Counted from the stretch's first letter, positions 19,797-29,829 are shown. The stretch: DNA of 64,000 nucleotides from Nitrospinales bacterium (GCA_047610985.1 JBLFWU010000010.1:6502-70501), one strand, 5' to 3'. The notes: generated by a model from the sequence alone, not told the origin. A program made the numbers and translations.

Positions 19797-20903
19797 CTAG
19801 GTGGTTTGAATGTTAGGAGAAACGTTGTCCAATGGAATTTTAGCCAACCTTTGATGCAAGCTTTGTAGGTCGAATTCTGGGGGGCTTTTAAATTCCTTAA
19901 GAATATTATCAAATGAAGTTTTAAGAATAAAATTGGACCACGCAATCAAAGGAGTTGTGAATAAGATTCTTTTTACCTGACTTCGTGTGATTTTAACAGG
20001 AGCGTTCGAGCTTAACAAGGCCGGGTTGTTATGAAGTGCTGCAACAGTTTTCATGGCCATCCACAAAGGCCAAATGCAAAACAGGCGCAAGGCCAGCTCG
20101 GTTCTCGGTATGGCGAGGGTGAATTTTAGCGCATCGTGTAAATGCCCATTGGTTTTGAAAAGCAGTTTTTCGAGTATTTGGAGATTCTTCTCAACCGATT
20201 TCCCGGAATGAAACTCATCAACAGTAAGTCCATTCGCGGTGATCAAACTTTGCGGAATATAAGACCATCCTCGTTCACGGTCTGCCATTACGTCTTTTGA
20301 GATATTTGTCATTTGCAGTCCGAGGCCAAAAGAAACAGCATTTTCTTTCATTATCCTTCGAGCCGATTCAGGGAGCGTGGTCAGCTTCTGAAGGAAGAGA
20401 TCGCACAACATTTCGCCTACGACTCCGGCTACAAAGTAACAATACTCTTCCAAGTCTTCTTCATTTTCCAGCGGTGTGATTTCTCCAAACTGAAAACGGC
20501 TTTGGAAATGGGCCATTCCTTTTGCCATTTTTGAGACCGCAGGAATGATCTGATCCTGGTAATTACTTCTCAAAGAATCGAAAACGTCAAACACGCGTTT
20601 GATGTTTCTTAGCAGATCCAAATCGTTTGTACTGCCATCAACGGTGGCACAATCATCTAGCCATGTGTCAATATGGTCGAGACGGTATTCCCGATTTTCT
20701 ATCAAACGTGAAAACTCCAGGAGCAATTTTATTTTAATTTTGGGGTCCAGTTCCGCTGCATCCTCAACGGTGTCAACGGTTCGACAGAACAGGTATGCGA
20801 TTAATACGCTACGATGCAGTTCACCTTGCAAGGTCTTGATGTTCAGGGCAAAGGTTCTGCTAACTTTGGGAAGAGTTTGCTGGCAGTATGTCCAATCGTC
20901 CAT
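19797..20903 (-). CDS. Squalene/phytoene synthase family protein (single-enzyme squalene synthase type)
   Basis: VSRTFAL, YLFCRTVDTVED, YCYFVAGVVG, GLGLQMTNISKD. The track starts at 20927. Confidence 0.88.
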   Translation of the reverse strand: MDDWTYCQQTLPKVSRTFALNIKTLQGELHRSVLIAYLFCRTVDTVEDAAELDPKIKIKLLLEFSRLIENREYRLDHIDTWLDDCATVDGSTNDLDLLRNIKRVFDVFDSLRSNYQDQIIPAVSKMAKGMAHFQSRFQFGEITPLENEEDLEEYCYFVAGVVGEMLCDLFLQKLTTLPESARRIMKENAVSFGLGLQMTNISKDVMADRERGWSYIPQSLITANGLTVDEFHSGKSVEKNLQILEKLLFKTNGHLHDALKFTLAIPRTELALRLFCIWPLWMAMKTVAALHNNPALLSSNAPVKITRSQVKRILFTTPLIAWSNFILKTSFDNILKEFKSPPEFDLQSLHQRLAKIPLDNVSPNIQTT

Positions 20904-21001
20904 ATTACCTAGAGCTCGTTTCTGCACTTATAGGAATTTGGGAAATAGAATATTGGGTAGGCCTGCCTGCTTGCGGGTCGGGCATTTAATATTGAAGTTT
21001 C

Positions 21002-21883
21002 TTAAGAGGTGAGTGAAACCTGGCCTTTGACTTCTTCGGCAATTTCCAGAATTTTTGTGTGAACTTCATTGATGACATTTTCGGGGGTACTTGTGCCAGC
21101 CGTTATCCCTACATGTTGTTTGCTTACGAACCAGCTCTTATCCAACTGATCAAATGATTCTATGTGATGGGCCTCTATTCCTTTTTCAGCACAAACATGT
21201 ACCAGCTTTTTGGTGTTGGATGAGTTGAAACCTCCGATGACAATCATAAGGTCTACCTGATCTGCCAATTCATGCACCGCTACCTGTCGATCGTGGGTGG
21301 GTTGGCAGATGGTATTTACAAATGATACCTCATCCACATAATCAAGAGCGCGAACTTTCTCAAGCAAAGCTTCTACTTTATCTCTTTGCTGTGTAGTTTG
21401 GGTGACGATTCCCAGTTTGCGATTTCCAGACTTTTCAATTTTAGAGAAGTCTTCTTCACAGTTGATTACCAGATAGTCATCTAGGTCGCCAACGATGCCT
21501 TTAACTTCCACATGGTCTTTTTGTCCGATCACCACAGGAAAATAACCTTTAGAGACCAACGATTTTATCGTTTGGTGCACCCTCATCACCAAGGGGCAAC
21601 TAGCGTCATAAACAATGAATCCTGCATCTTGAAGTCGTTTTTTTGTTTTTTCAGCCGCACCATGGGCTGTGATCATTACTTTTTTAGTTTTAATTTTGTC
21701 TATATCTTCAATTCCGGGTACTAGGGATACGCCGTTTTGTTTTAAGGAATCACTGACTTGAGGGTTGTGAACCAGTTGTCCAACAATAGTTAATTCATTG
21801 TTGAATTCGGGGGACATGGCGAGATTGATGGCGTCCTGAACTCCGAAACAGGTACCCATTGCACTGGCGAGTGAGACTTTCAT
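21002..21883 (-). CDS. ispH: 4-hydroxy-3-methylbut-2-enyl diphosphate reductase
   Basis: GTCFGV, LVHN, TAHG, DASCPLV, HVEV, TIC, SSNT, GITAGTSTP. Confidence 0.97.
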   Translation of the reverse strand: MKVSLASAMGTCFGVQDAINLAMSPEFNNELTIVGQLVHNPQVSDSLKQNGVSLVPGIEDIDKIKTKKVMITAHGAAEKTKKRLQDAGFIVYDASCPLVMRVHQTIKSLVSKGYFPVVIGQKDHVEVKGIVGDLDDYLVINCEEDFSKIEKSGNRKLGIVTQTTQQRDKVEALLEKVRALDYVDEVSFVNTICQPTHDRQVAVHELADQVDLMIVIGGFNSSNTKKLVHVCAEKGIEAHHIESFDQLDKSWFVSKQHVGITAGTSTPENVINEVHTKILEIAEEVKGQVSLTS

Positions 21884-21979
21884 TTATATTTTTCCTTTAA
21901 GATAATGCTATCTGAAAAAATTATTCAATAATAAATCATAACAAACTGTTGCGAGGTTTTAAATAAAAAATACCTTCAG

Positions 21980-22729
21980 CTATTTTACAAGGAGGTTTTT
22001 TATAAACTGCCAACTGGTTTGGCGGCCTATATCAGCAATGGATTCCGTCAAGGGTATGTTTTTTGGGCATACCTCAACGCAAACCTGCGCATTGCCACAA
22101 TCGGTGATTCCACCTTCACCCATTACCGCATCGAGTCGCTCTTCTTTATTCATACTCCCCGCTGGATGCAGATTGAAAAGCCTGACTTGATTGAAAGTTG
22201 AAGCTCCCATGAACGAATTGGTCAGGCTGAACTGCGGACAGGCCTCTAGGCAACAGCCGCAAGTCATGCATTCGGACATGACATAACGTTTGGCGCGATC
22301 GGAGTCCGGCATTATAGCTCCCTCGCCGATATCATGAGACCCATCGATATCAATCCATGCTTTGACCTTTTTAAGATTTTCAAACATTCGGCTACGGTTG
22401 ACTTGCAAATCACGTACAACCGGAAACTTTGACATGGGTTCCAAGGAAATGGGTTGTTCAAGGTTGTCTACAAGTGCGGTGCAAGCCTGTCGAACTTTTC
22501 CATTGATGACCATGGTGCAGGAACCACAAACCTCTTCAAGGCAATTGCAATCCCAGGTGACCGGGGCAACCGTTTTGCCTGCTTTGGTGGTCGGGTTTCT
22601 CTGGATTTCCATAAGACAGGAAATGATGTTTGCAAACGGTTTGTATGGCACTTGAAAATTCTGCCAGTAAGTTGGCGAACCCGGTTTGTCCTGTCGTTTG
22701 ACCTTAATGGTGATTTCTTTATCTGTCAT
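21980..22729 (-). CDS. sdhB: Succinate dehydrogenase/fumarate reductase Fe-S subunit
   Basis: CLEEVCGSC, CMTCGCCLEACP, CGNAQVCVEVCPK. Confidence 0.96.
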   Translation of the reverse strand: MTDKEITIKVKRQDKPGSPTYWQNFQVPYKPFANIISCLMEIQRNPTTKAGKTVAPVTWDCNCLEEVCGSCTMVINGKVRQACTALVDNLEQPISLEPMSKFPVVRDLQVNRSRMFENLKKVKAWIDIDGSHDIGEGAIMPDSDRAKRYVMSECMTCGCCLEACPQFSLTNSFMGASTFNQVRLFNLHPAGSMNKEERLDAVMGEGGITDCGNAQVCVEVCPKNIPLTESIADIGRQTSWQFIKNLLVK

Positions 22730-22811
22730 GGTTTTATGAATGACTTCGCCGCTAGCGGCAAGGTCACGCCTTTTTTTGGGTGACGACCTTTACTTGTGGC
22801 AGTTCGCTGCC

Positions 22812-24752
22812 TCAATCATATTTTCTCGGTCGTGGTGTTATTAATGAAGTGTCTACTTCATCATAAGTAATGTCCGGTTGATTGTCTTTGAACTGTGCCA
22901 CTGTAGTTTTTAACCATTTAATATTATTCTCTTCGAAACGTTTCATATAGTCCAAGTGACCTGCTGGAAACTTGTCTTCAGAAATATCTCCATACTGTTT
23001 TTGTTCGAGGTATTCAATATATTCGTGCGGATCAAAGTCCTTCGGCTGCTTCAAATCGAAATCGGGTTTGTAATGGCTGCCGCGAAACTCGTCACGCAGT
23101 AAAGCGCCTTTGGTAATGATTTTGGACAGATGGATCATGCAGAATAGTTGGTTGATGAAACTCGGAGAAGGGTTCGCCCAGTCACTCGTATCCACACATT
23201 TTACATCTTTGAAACGTGTCTCAATATCATTGATTTCATCGGTCGCTTTTTCAAGAGATTTGTTATCGCGCACGATGAGCACATTGGCTAGCATGACTTC
23301 CCCCAACTCCTGATGCAATCGGTAGGGATTTTCACTACCGTTCATTTTCTTGATTTCTTTGAAGCGACTTTTCCAGTGATTGCGCGCATCATCGAACACG
23401 GTGGAGGGGATATCGTCGACTGATTTTTCCAGTGAGTCGGTATAATTCATAATCCCTCGTGCCATCATCAGTCCTGTATAGATACAGCTCAGTAGTGAAT
23501 TAGCTCCCAGCCTGTTAGCACCGTGATACTGATAGTCTGCTTCACCCGCTGCAAACAGCCCTGTGATAGAAGTCATCTGGTTGCGAGGTGAGCCGTGATC
23601 GATCAAACCATTTTGGTCTGGGCCATAATCGGTCCACAGTCCTCCCATGGAGTAATGCACCGCCGGGAAAATTTTCATCGGATGGTCACGAGGATCGACA
23701 CCGGTGAACTTGGTGTAGATATCCATGATTCCGCCGAGCCGGTTGTCAAGAAACTCTCTCGATTTATGAGTCAGATCTAGGTAGACCATTGGATCGCCAT
23801 CGACACCCATATTCTGGTTGTAAACGATGTCATAAATTTCTCGGCTTGCAACATCTCTGGGAACCAGATTTTTAAACAGGGGATATTTTTCTTCCAGAAA
23901 ATAAAATCGTTCGTTTTCGGGGATTTTTTTCGGATCGCGTCTGTCGTCAGCCTTTCGTGGCACCCAAATTCTTCCACCTTCGCCACGAGCCGATTCACTC
24001 ATCAACCTTAGTTTGTCTTGTCCGGGAATAGCGGTCGGATGAATCTGGATAAATTCTCCATTGGCATATTTGGCTCCCTGTAAATAGGCGGTGGTAGCCG
24101 CCGCCCCGGTATTGACCACCGAGTTGGTGGAGCGTCCATAAACCTGACCGGGCCCGCCAGTAGCAAGAACTACTGCATCGGCTGGCAGGGTATAGATTTC
24201 ATCTGTTTTTAAGTCATGAATCACGGCTCCTCGACAAATGCCATCCGAGTCGAGCACCGCACCCAAGTACTCGTGCCATTCTAAGGCTGTTGCGTTTCCG
24301 TCATGGATGTTGCGCCGCACTTGTTCATCGAGAGCGTAAACCAATTGTTGTCCGGTGGTAGCTCCTGCAAAAGCGGTGCGGTTGTATAGCGTGCCACCGA
24401 ACCGACGGAAATCGAGATGCCCTTCACCAGTGCGGTTGAAGGCTACGCCCATGCGGTCCATCAAGTGAATTATGGCAGGTGCTTGATAGCACATATCGCG
24501 AACCAAAGGTTGATGCGCTAGAAAGTCGCCCCCTTTGATTGTGTCGTAAAAATGTTTTTCTGGAGAATCGCCTTCATTTTTCGCATCGATGGCAGCATTG
24601 ATCCCACCCTGTGCGCAAACGGAGTGTGATCGTTTTAAAGATTGATACGATACAATGGTGACTTCTCCATTGCGCTCGCAAAACTTCATGGCCAAGGCTA
24701 GCCCAGCAAGTCCGCCGCCTATGATTACAATTTTTTTCTTGCGGTTCATCAT
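22812..24752 (-). CDS. sdhA: Succinate dehydrogenase/fumarate reductase flavoprotein subunit
   Basis: GGGLAG, RSHSVCAQGG, QIHPT, SESARGEGG, HYSMGG, HGANRLGANSL. Confidence 0.97.
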   Translation of the reverse strand: MMNRKKKIVIIGGGLAGLALAMKFCERNGEVTIVSYQSLKRSHSVCAQGGINAAIDAKNEGDSPEKHFYDTIKGGDFLAHQPLVRDMCYQAPAIIHLMDRMGVAFNRTGEGHLDFRRFGGTLYNRTAFAGATTGQQLVYALDEQVRRNIHDGNATALEWHEYLGAVLDSDGICRGAVIHDLKTDEIYTLPADAVVLATGGPGQVYGRSTNSVVNTGAAATTAYLQGAKYANGEFIQIHPTAIPGQDKLRLMSESARGEGGRIWVPRKADDRRDPKKIPENERFYFLEEKYPLFKNLVPRDVASREIYDIVYNQNMGVDGDPMVYLDLTHKSREFLDNRLGGIMDIYTKFTGVDPRDHPMKIFPAVHYSMGGLWTDYGPDQNGLIDHGSPRNQMTSITGLFAAGEADYQYHGANRLGANSLLSCIYTGLMMARGIMNYTDSLEKSVDDIPSTVFDDARNHWKSRFKEIKKMNGSENPYRLHQELGEVMLANVLIVRDNKSLEKATDEINDIETRFKDVKCVDTSDWANPSPSFINQLFCMIHLSKIITKGALLRDEFRGSHYKPDFDLKQPKDFDPHEYIEYLEQKQYGDISEDKFPAGHLDYMKRFEENNIKWLKTTVAQFKDNQPDITYDEVDTSLITPRPRKYD

Positions 24753-24756
24753 AATA

Positions 24757-25428
24757 TTAACCCGTTGCTTCTACGGAAATTGGATTCATGTTGAATTCGA
24801 GAACCGTTGCAAGACCTAGAAATGTTAATCCTAGTCCCATAGCGGCGAATACGATCGCACCGTTCCGTTGCGCATTTTTCCCAATCAGGATTCCCCAAGA
24901 GACACAAAACCCCCAAACTCCGTTGCTGAAATGAAAAGTCGCGGAGACAATGCCTATGGTGTAAACCACAATTCCCTGCCAAGTCTGGAATTCTCCGTTG
25001 AGAATATCTATTAAAAAGGGCGCGGCTTCAAAAAGGTGTTTGCCTTCCCATAACTTGGCACCGACCGTCGTTCCCATATGATAAATCAAGAATAAAAATG
25101 TGATCGCTCCCGTTAAACGTTGCATTGTGTAAAGCCAGTTGCGCTGATATCGGTAGCGGAACATGTTGGTTTTTCCAACATGAATAATATAAAAGCCCAT
25201 TAGCGAGTGAAATAGCAACGGAATATAAATGAAGCCAATTTCGATCAGTATCAGGAAAGGCAAATTGTTTAGAGCATCGATGGCTAACTGAAAAGGCCAG
25301 ACTCCAACCGTTCGCAAGGAATTAATAGATAAATGTATAACGAGAAATGCTCCGACTGGGACAATCCCCGTAAGGGAGTGGAGCTTTAAAAGAATGTAGT
25401 GGATTTCGTCTTTAGCCGGTTTTGTCAT
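24757..25428 (-). CDS. sdhC: Succinate dehydrogenase cytochrome b558 subunit (single five-TM anchor, Bacillus-like)
   Basis: KLHSLTGIVP, HL..N, LFHSL, QRLTG, FHFSNG. Confidence 0.93.
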   Translation of the reverse strand: MTKPAKDEIHYILLKLHSLTGIVPVGAFLVIHLSINSLRTVGVWPFQLAIDALNNLPFLILIEIGFIYIPLLFHSLMGFYIIHVGKTNMFRYRYQRNWLYTMQRLTGAITFLFLIYHMGTTVGAKLWEGKHLFEAAPFLIDILNGEFQTWQGIVVYTIGIVSATFHFSNGVWGFCVSWGILIGKNAQRNGAIVFAAMGLGLTFLGLATVLEFNMNPISVEATG

Positions 25429-25571
25429 AGAAGATGGTGTCGAATGATGTTAGCTATAGAATAAACAGGAAAATCCAGACACGAGTGCTATTCTTGCGTA
25501 AATTCAAAGATCCTACAAGGATAATATATGAAAAAAGGCCTTTTATGGGAGTTATTTAGGGGGAGTAATTA

Positions 25572-25847
25572 TTAGAAATCCGATTCCAGCAACGGACGTT
25601 GCTTGAAGTCAGGATTGATGGGTTTGTCCTGTGTACTGATTCTCAAATGAGTAGGATCTTTTACAAACAGATCAACAAAACCGCATCTGCCACATACACT
25701 AGGCTGTAACGGAACGTTTTTTTCTATACCGTGATCCTGCCTGACAACAACCACCAGATCCAGTGTTTTACTGTTCCTGAGGCCGATGTCGCCTTTAAGA
25801 ATACTTTTTTCCCCGCATTTGCTGCAGGTATCCCGGGTGTCGGTCAT
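25572..25847 (-). CDS. Small Zn-ribbon protein
   Basis: CSKC and CGRCG pairs; RBS AGGAG. Confidence 0.7.
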   Translation of the reverse strand: MTDTRDTCSKCGEKSILKGDIGLRNSKTLDLVVVVRQDHGIEKNVPLQPSVCGRCGFVDLFVKDPTHLRISTQDKPINPDFKQRPLLESDF

Positions 25848-25925
25848 GCCGGGTCTCCTTTGCTTTGTTGGACTGCTAAATTTTTTCTTGAACTGTTAAA
25901 ATCTATTGTAGCACAACAAAGTAAT

Positions 25926-26282
25926 TTAGCCCATGGTCGCTTCAAATGCGCTTTCTGGAACATGCAGACGACTGATCAAAGCTTCAGCTTCGTGCATCAA
26001 TTCCATCTCCTCATTGACCCTTTCGCGCAATTCCTTGCCTGCATGAAAACTCGGTTTGCGTCGAACTGGCAAATGAATCACCTCTCCCGTCAATGGCTTT
26101 TTCGCTACACGGGCTTTGTATTCATTGATTTTAAAAGATCCAAATCCTTGCACCACTACACGCCCGTCCTTAGCAAGGGTATCCATAATAGAATCCAGAA
26201 AAGCGGTAAGATAGGTATCTGCGTCTTTTTTCGTAACTTTCATTCTGAATGCAAGCTTGTCTACCAATTGTACTCGTGTCAT
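25926..26282 (-). CDS. HU/IHF family DNA-binding protein with C-terminal extension
   Basis: MTRVQLV, GFGSF, KKPLTGEVI, PSFHAGKELRERVN. Confidence 0.92.
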   Translation of the reverse strand: MTRVQLVDKLAFRMKVTKKDADTYLTAFLDSIMDTLAKDGRVVVQGFGSFKINEYKARVAKKPLTGEVIHLPVRRKPSFHAGKELRERVNEEMELMHEAEALISRLHVPESAFEATMG

Positions 26283-26535
26283 GATCCCCCCACTAAGTAA
26301 GTTTTTAAAGAGTATTGCAATTGGGTTAAAGCAAAAATCGGGCCAAATTTTTTTATTTCTTTTAATCTTAACCTTTTCAGATATTTAGTTGAAAACGCGC
26401 AAAACTTCTGAGTGACGAGGAAGTATAATAAATCGTAAAAGTGTTAACTTATGTGCACAGTATAAAGGTCGGTTAACCAAAGGATTTCAGCTATTTTATT
26501 GGGAGCTGTTCTGCATAAATGTATGGGATTTAAAA

Positions 26536-27483
26536 ATGAAATATAACAAGATTCTGGTTTATTTAACGCATCCGCATGTGGATGCCTGGAACTTCAAGCC
26601 CGAGCATAAGGCTCTGCTGCAGTCTCGTCTTCCAGGGACTGAAATACAGTTGTGCGCAAATGCAAAGGAGTTTAAAGATAAGCTGCCTGAAGCAGATGCC
26701 GTGATAGTTTGGGTTTTTAAGGAAGAGTGGCTGCAAAATGCACCAAAACTAAAACTCATTGCCACGCCAGCAGCCGGTAATGAATGGATTTCCTGGCCAC
26801 CACCTGCGAATTTAAAAATTTCGTTTGGCGGATTTCATGGGCCGATGATGGCGGAAAGCGTTATTGGCGCGATGCTGCATTTCCTGAAAGCGTTTCCATT
26901 ATCTATGAAGATGCAGGGGAAGAAAAAATGGGCGCGGATAAAAATTTCAAAAAAGCAGCAATCTCTTTATAAGTCTCGGGTTACTATTCTAGGCTTTGGT
27001 AAAATTGGCATTAGCTTGGGCAGATTATTAAAACCCTTCGGTTGCAAAATAACAGGAATCAAACGCACGGCAATATCTGCGCCGGATTATTTTGATGAAG
27101 AAGATGAGATTTTGACTCACGATAAATGGGAGTCAGCATTGCCCGAAACCGATCATTTAATTTGTGCACTGCCGGGTGGGCCGGAGACCTATGAAATCCT
27201 ACAGTCCATACATTTCAAAAATATGCCGAAGACCCCATTTTTTTATAATGTGGGACGTGGAAATATTTATAAAGAATCTGATTTAGTAGAAGCCTTGCAA
27301 GGCGGTGAAATTGCCGGCGCGTATCTGGATGTTTTTGGTAAAGAACCTTTACCTGAATTTTCTAGGCTATGGGGGTTGGGCAATGTCCTTATCCAACCGC
27401 ATACTTCCGCCGCCTCTCCACAATACCTGGAGCTGTTCGTTGAAGAACTGGCGGGTAGAGTTAGGGAAGGGGAGTTTGGTTGA
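26536..27483 (+). CDS. D-2-hydroxyacid dehydrogenase
   Basis: GFGKIG, NVGRG, AYLDVF..EPLP, PHTS. Confidence 0.92.
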   Translation: MKYNKILVYLTHPHVDAWNFKPEHKALLQSRLPGTEIQLCANAKEFKDKLPEADAVIVWVFKEEWLQNAPKLKLIATPAAGNEWISWPPPANLKISFGGFHGPMMAESVIGAMLHFLKAFPLSMKMQGKKKWARIKISKKQQSLYKSRVTILGFGKIGISLGRLLKPFGCKITGIKRTAISAPDYFDEEDEILTHDKWESALPETDHLICALPGGPETYEILQSIHFKNMPKTPFFYNVGRGNIYKESDLVEALQGGEIAGAYLDVFGKEPLPEFSRLWGLGNVLIQPHTSAASPQYLELFVEELAGRVREGEFG

Positions 27484-27540
27484 AACTCAACACCTTCTCC
27501 CTGACAAGAACTTGCTGCAAAATTAGCTTTTTCTTTCAGC

Positions 27541-27629
27541 CTCCCCCTGATAAGGGGGATTGAGGGGGTTGCTTTTATTTGGAAGATTTATTAAGAATTC
27601 CCTGCCCCCCCCCTGTCAAGGGGGGGGGA
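27541..27629. repeat. Pair of related C-run/G-run hairpins (REP-like)
   Basis: CCCCCTGATAAGGGGG at 27543-27558 and a C-run TGTCAA G-run hairpin at 27605-27628, between convergent genes. Confidence 0.55.
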
Positions 27630-27666
27630 AGAGTGATGCTTCCTAGGGGCTTAATAAGTAGAGGGC

Positions 27667-27705
27667 AAAAAAAAACGGGAGAGGCTGTGAAGCCTCTCCC
27701 GTTTT
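27667..27705 (-). terminator. Intrinsic (possibly bidirectional) terminator of pnp
   Basis: A9-CGGGAGAGGCT gtga AGCCTCTCCCG-TTTT, a perfect stem. Confidence 0.9.
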
Positions 27706-27720
27706 GTAAAGCGTATCTTT

Positions 27721-29829
27721 TTATGTAGCAGTAGGTGCTGCAGCGTCTATCCCATCTTTCAGGGCTTCTTTTCTGCTGAGTTTAACTTTGCCCTGCTGAT
27801 CTACATCGATGACCTTAACCTTGATCTCATCGCCTTCCTGAATCTCATCACTTACATTTTTAATGCGTCGATCACAGATTTGAGAGATGTGAACCAGTCC
27901 ATCGGTACCTGGGAAAATTTCTACAAAGGCACCGAAGTCGACGATCTTTTTAACTTTGCCGAGATAAATTCTTCCTACCTCAACTTCTTGGGTAAGGTTC
28001 TGGACAAATTCTACTGCTTTTGCTGCCGCTTCGGCATCAGATGAGGCGATGGAAACCAGACCATCGTCATTAATGTCGATGGAAACTCCAGTCTTGTCGA
28101 TAATCTCACGAATGACTTTACCGCCCGGTCCTATGACATCCCTAATCTTGTCTTTGGGTACCGTGAGAGTGACAATTCTCGGTGCGTGTTGGTTTATTTC
28201 AGGGCGATGAGTTGATAGTGCTTTGTTCATTTCACCAAGAATATGCAAACGTCCTTCTTTAGCTTGCTGAAGAGCCGTTTTCATGAGATCACGGTCAAGT
28301 CCCTTGACTTTGATGTCCATTTGCAATGCGGTGATACCATTTGCTGTTCCCGCCACTTTAAAATCCATATCTCCTAAATGATCTTCGGAGCCGAGGATGT
28401 CTGAAAGGATTGCAATTCGATCGCCGTCTTTGATGAGTCCCATCGCGATACCGGCTACGGGTGCTTTAATGGGAATACCTGCGTCCATCATGGAGAGTGA
28501 ACCGCCACATACAGAAGCCATTGAAGAAGAACCGTTTGATTCCAGAATCTCGGAAACAATTCGAATGGTGTATGGAAAATCATCTTTGCTTGGGAGAACA
28601 GGGATCAAAGAACGCTCTGCAAGCATGCCGTGTCCAATTTCTCTTCGTCCGGGGCCAGAAATAAATTTTACTTCACCGGTACAGAATGCAGGGAAGTTGT
28701 AATGTAGCATAAAGGATTTGGTGCCTTTGAACTCCAGGCTATCCATTCTTTGTTCATCGGAAGAGGTTCCCAGGGTTGCGGCAACCAGTGCTTGAGTTTC
28801 ACCGCGAGTAAAAACGGAAGAGCCATGAACACGGGGTAGATAACCCGTCATAATGCTAATGGGTCGAACGTCTGCAAGCCCTCGTCCATCGACACGATAT
28901 TGTTTGTCGAGAACAAGATTCCTCACGACTGATTTTTCCAGGTCATGGAAAATATCTTTTATTTCCCCTTTAATGCCTGCATCTTCGTCTGGATTCAATT
29001 CGGCGTAAAGATCATTTTGGATTTGCTTTACAGCATCTCCGCGCTCATTTTTTCCAGCAATTTGACATGCTGCATCGAGTTTAGTTGCGGCTTTGCTGTT
29101 GATAGATGCTTTAAGCTCTTCATTAACTGGCGCAGGTTCAACAACCAGTTTTTCTTTTCCAAGAAGTTCACGCAGTTTGATCTGGATACCAATGACTTTT
29201 TTAATTCGCTCGTGGCCAAAATCCAAGGCTTCCATCATATCGTCTTCGCTGACTTCGTTGGCTCCGGATTCAACCATTACGATTCCATCTGCGGTTCCAG
29301 CCATGATGAGGTTGAGATCGCTAGCGGCGGTTTCTTCGTAATTGGGATTGAAAATCAGCTTTCCATCGACTCTTGAAATTCGAGCTCCTGCTACTGGGGT
29401 TTCAAAAGGGATGTCTGAGATCATCAAAGCGGCAGAAGCACCGGTGATTGCATTGACATCCGGTGGATTCTCACCGTCATGGGAAACTACCATTGCAACG
29501 ACTTGCGTTTCGTTTTTAAATTCTTTTGGGAACAAAGGTCGGATAGGTCGATCAATCAATCGGCAGATCAATGTTTCGAGCTCTCCAGGTCGGGCTTCAC
29601 GTCTAAAAAAGCTACCTGGAATTTTGCCAGCTGCGTAAGTTTTTTCTCTATAGTCCACGGTCAACGGGAAGAAGTCTATTCCTTCGCGAGGTTTGCCAGC
29701 CATGGTTGCGGCAACCAGAACCATTGTGTCTCCTTGACGGATGACAACAGAGCCGCCTGCTTGTCGAGCCAGGTCGCCTGCTTCCAACGAAATTATTTTC
29801 CCATCAATATCTATTTCTACTTTTTCCAT
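27721..29829 (-). CDS. pnp: Polyribonucleotide nucleotidyltransferase
   Basis: DFFPLTVDY, FTRGETQ, RREIGHG, ESNGSSSMAS, GDMDFKVAG, KH and S1 domains. Confidence 0.98.
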   Translation of the reverse strand: MEKVEIDIDGKIISLEAGDLARQAGGSVVIRQGDTMVLVAATMAGKPREGIDFFPLTVDYREKTYAAGKIPGSFFRREARPGELETLICRLIDRPIRPLFPKEFKNETQVVAMVVSHDGENPPDVNAITGASAALMISDIPFETPVAGARISRVDGKLIFNPNYEETAASDLNLIMAGTADGIVMVESGANEVSEDDMMEALDFGHERIKKVIGIQIKLRELLGKEKLVVEPAPVNEELKASINSKAATKLDAACQIAGKNERGDAVKQIQNDLYAELNPDEDAGIKGEIKDIFHDLEKSVVRNLVLDKQYRVDGRGLADVRPISIMTGYLPRVHGSSVFTRGETQALVAATLGTSSDEQRMDSLEFKGTKSFMLHYNFPAFCTGEVKFISGPGRREIGHGMLAERSLIPVLPSKDDFPYTIRIVSEILESNGSSSMASVCGGSLSMMDAGIPIKAPVAGIAMGLIKDGDRIAILSDILGSEDHLGDMDFKVAGTANGITALQMDIKVKGLDRDLMKTALQQAKEGRLHILGEMNKALSTHRPEINQHAPRIVTLTVPKDKIRDVIGPGGKVIREIIDKTGVSIDINDDGLVSIASSDAEAAAKAVEFVQNLTQEVEVGRIYLGKVKKIVDFGAFVEIFPGTDGLVHISQICDRRIKNVSDEIQEGDEIKVKVIDVDQQGKVKLSRKEALKDGIDAAAPTAT

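Noticed and set aside
25731-26300. 189-aa plus-strand ORF and similar long antisense ORFs (34263-34898, 35288-35887, 36739-37287)
   Set aside because: Shadow ORFs opposite well-supported genes, with no independent motifs.
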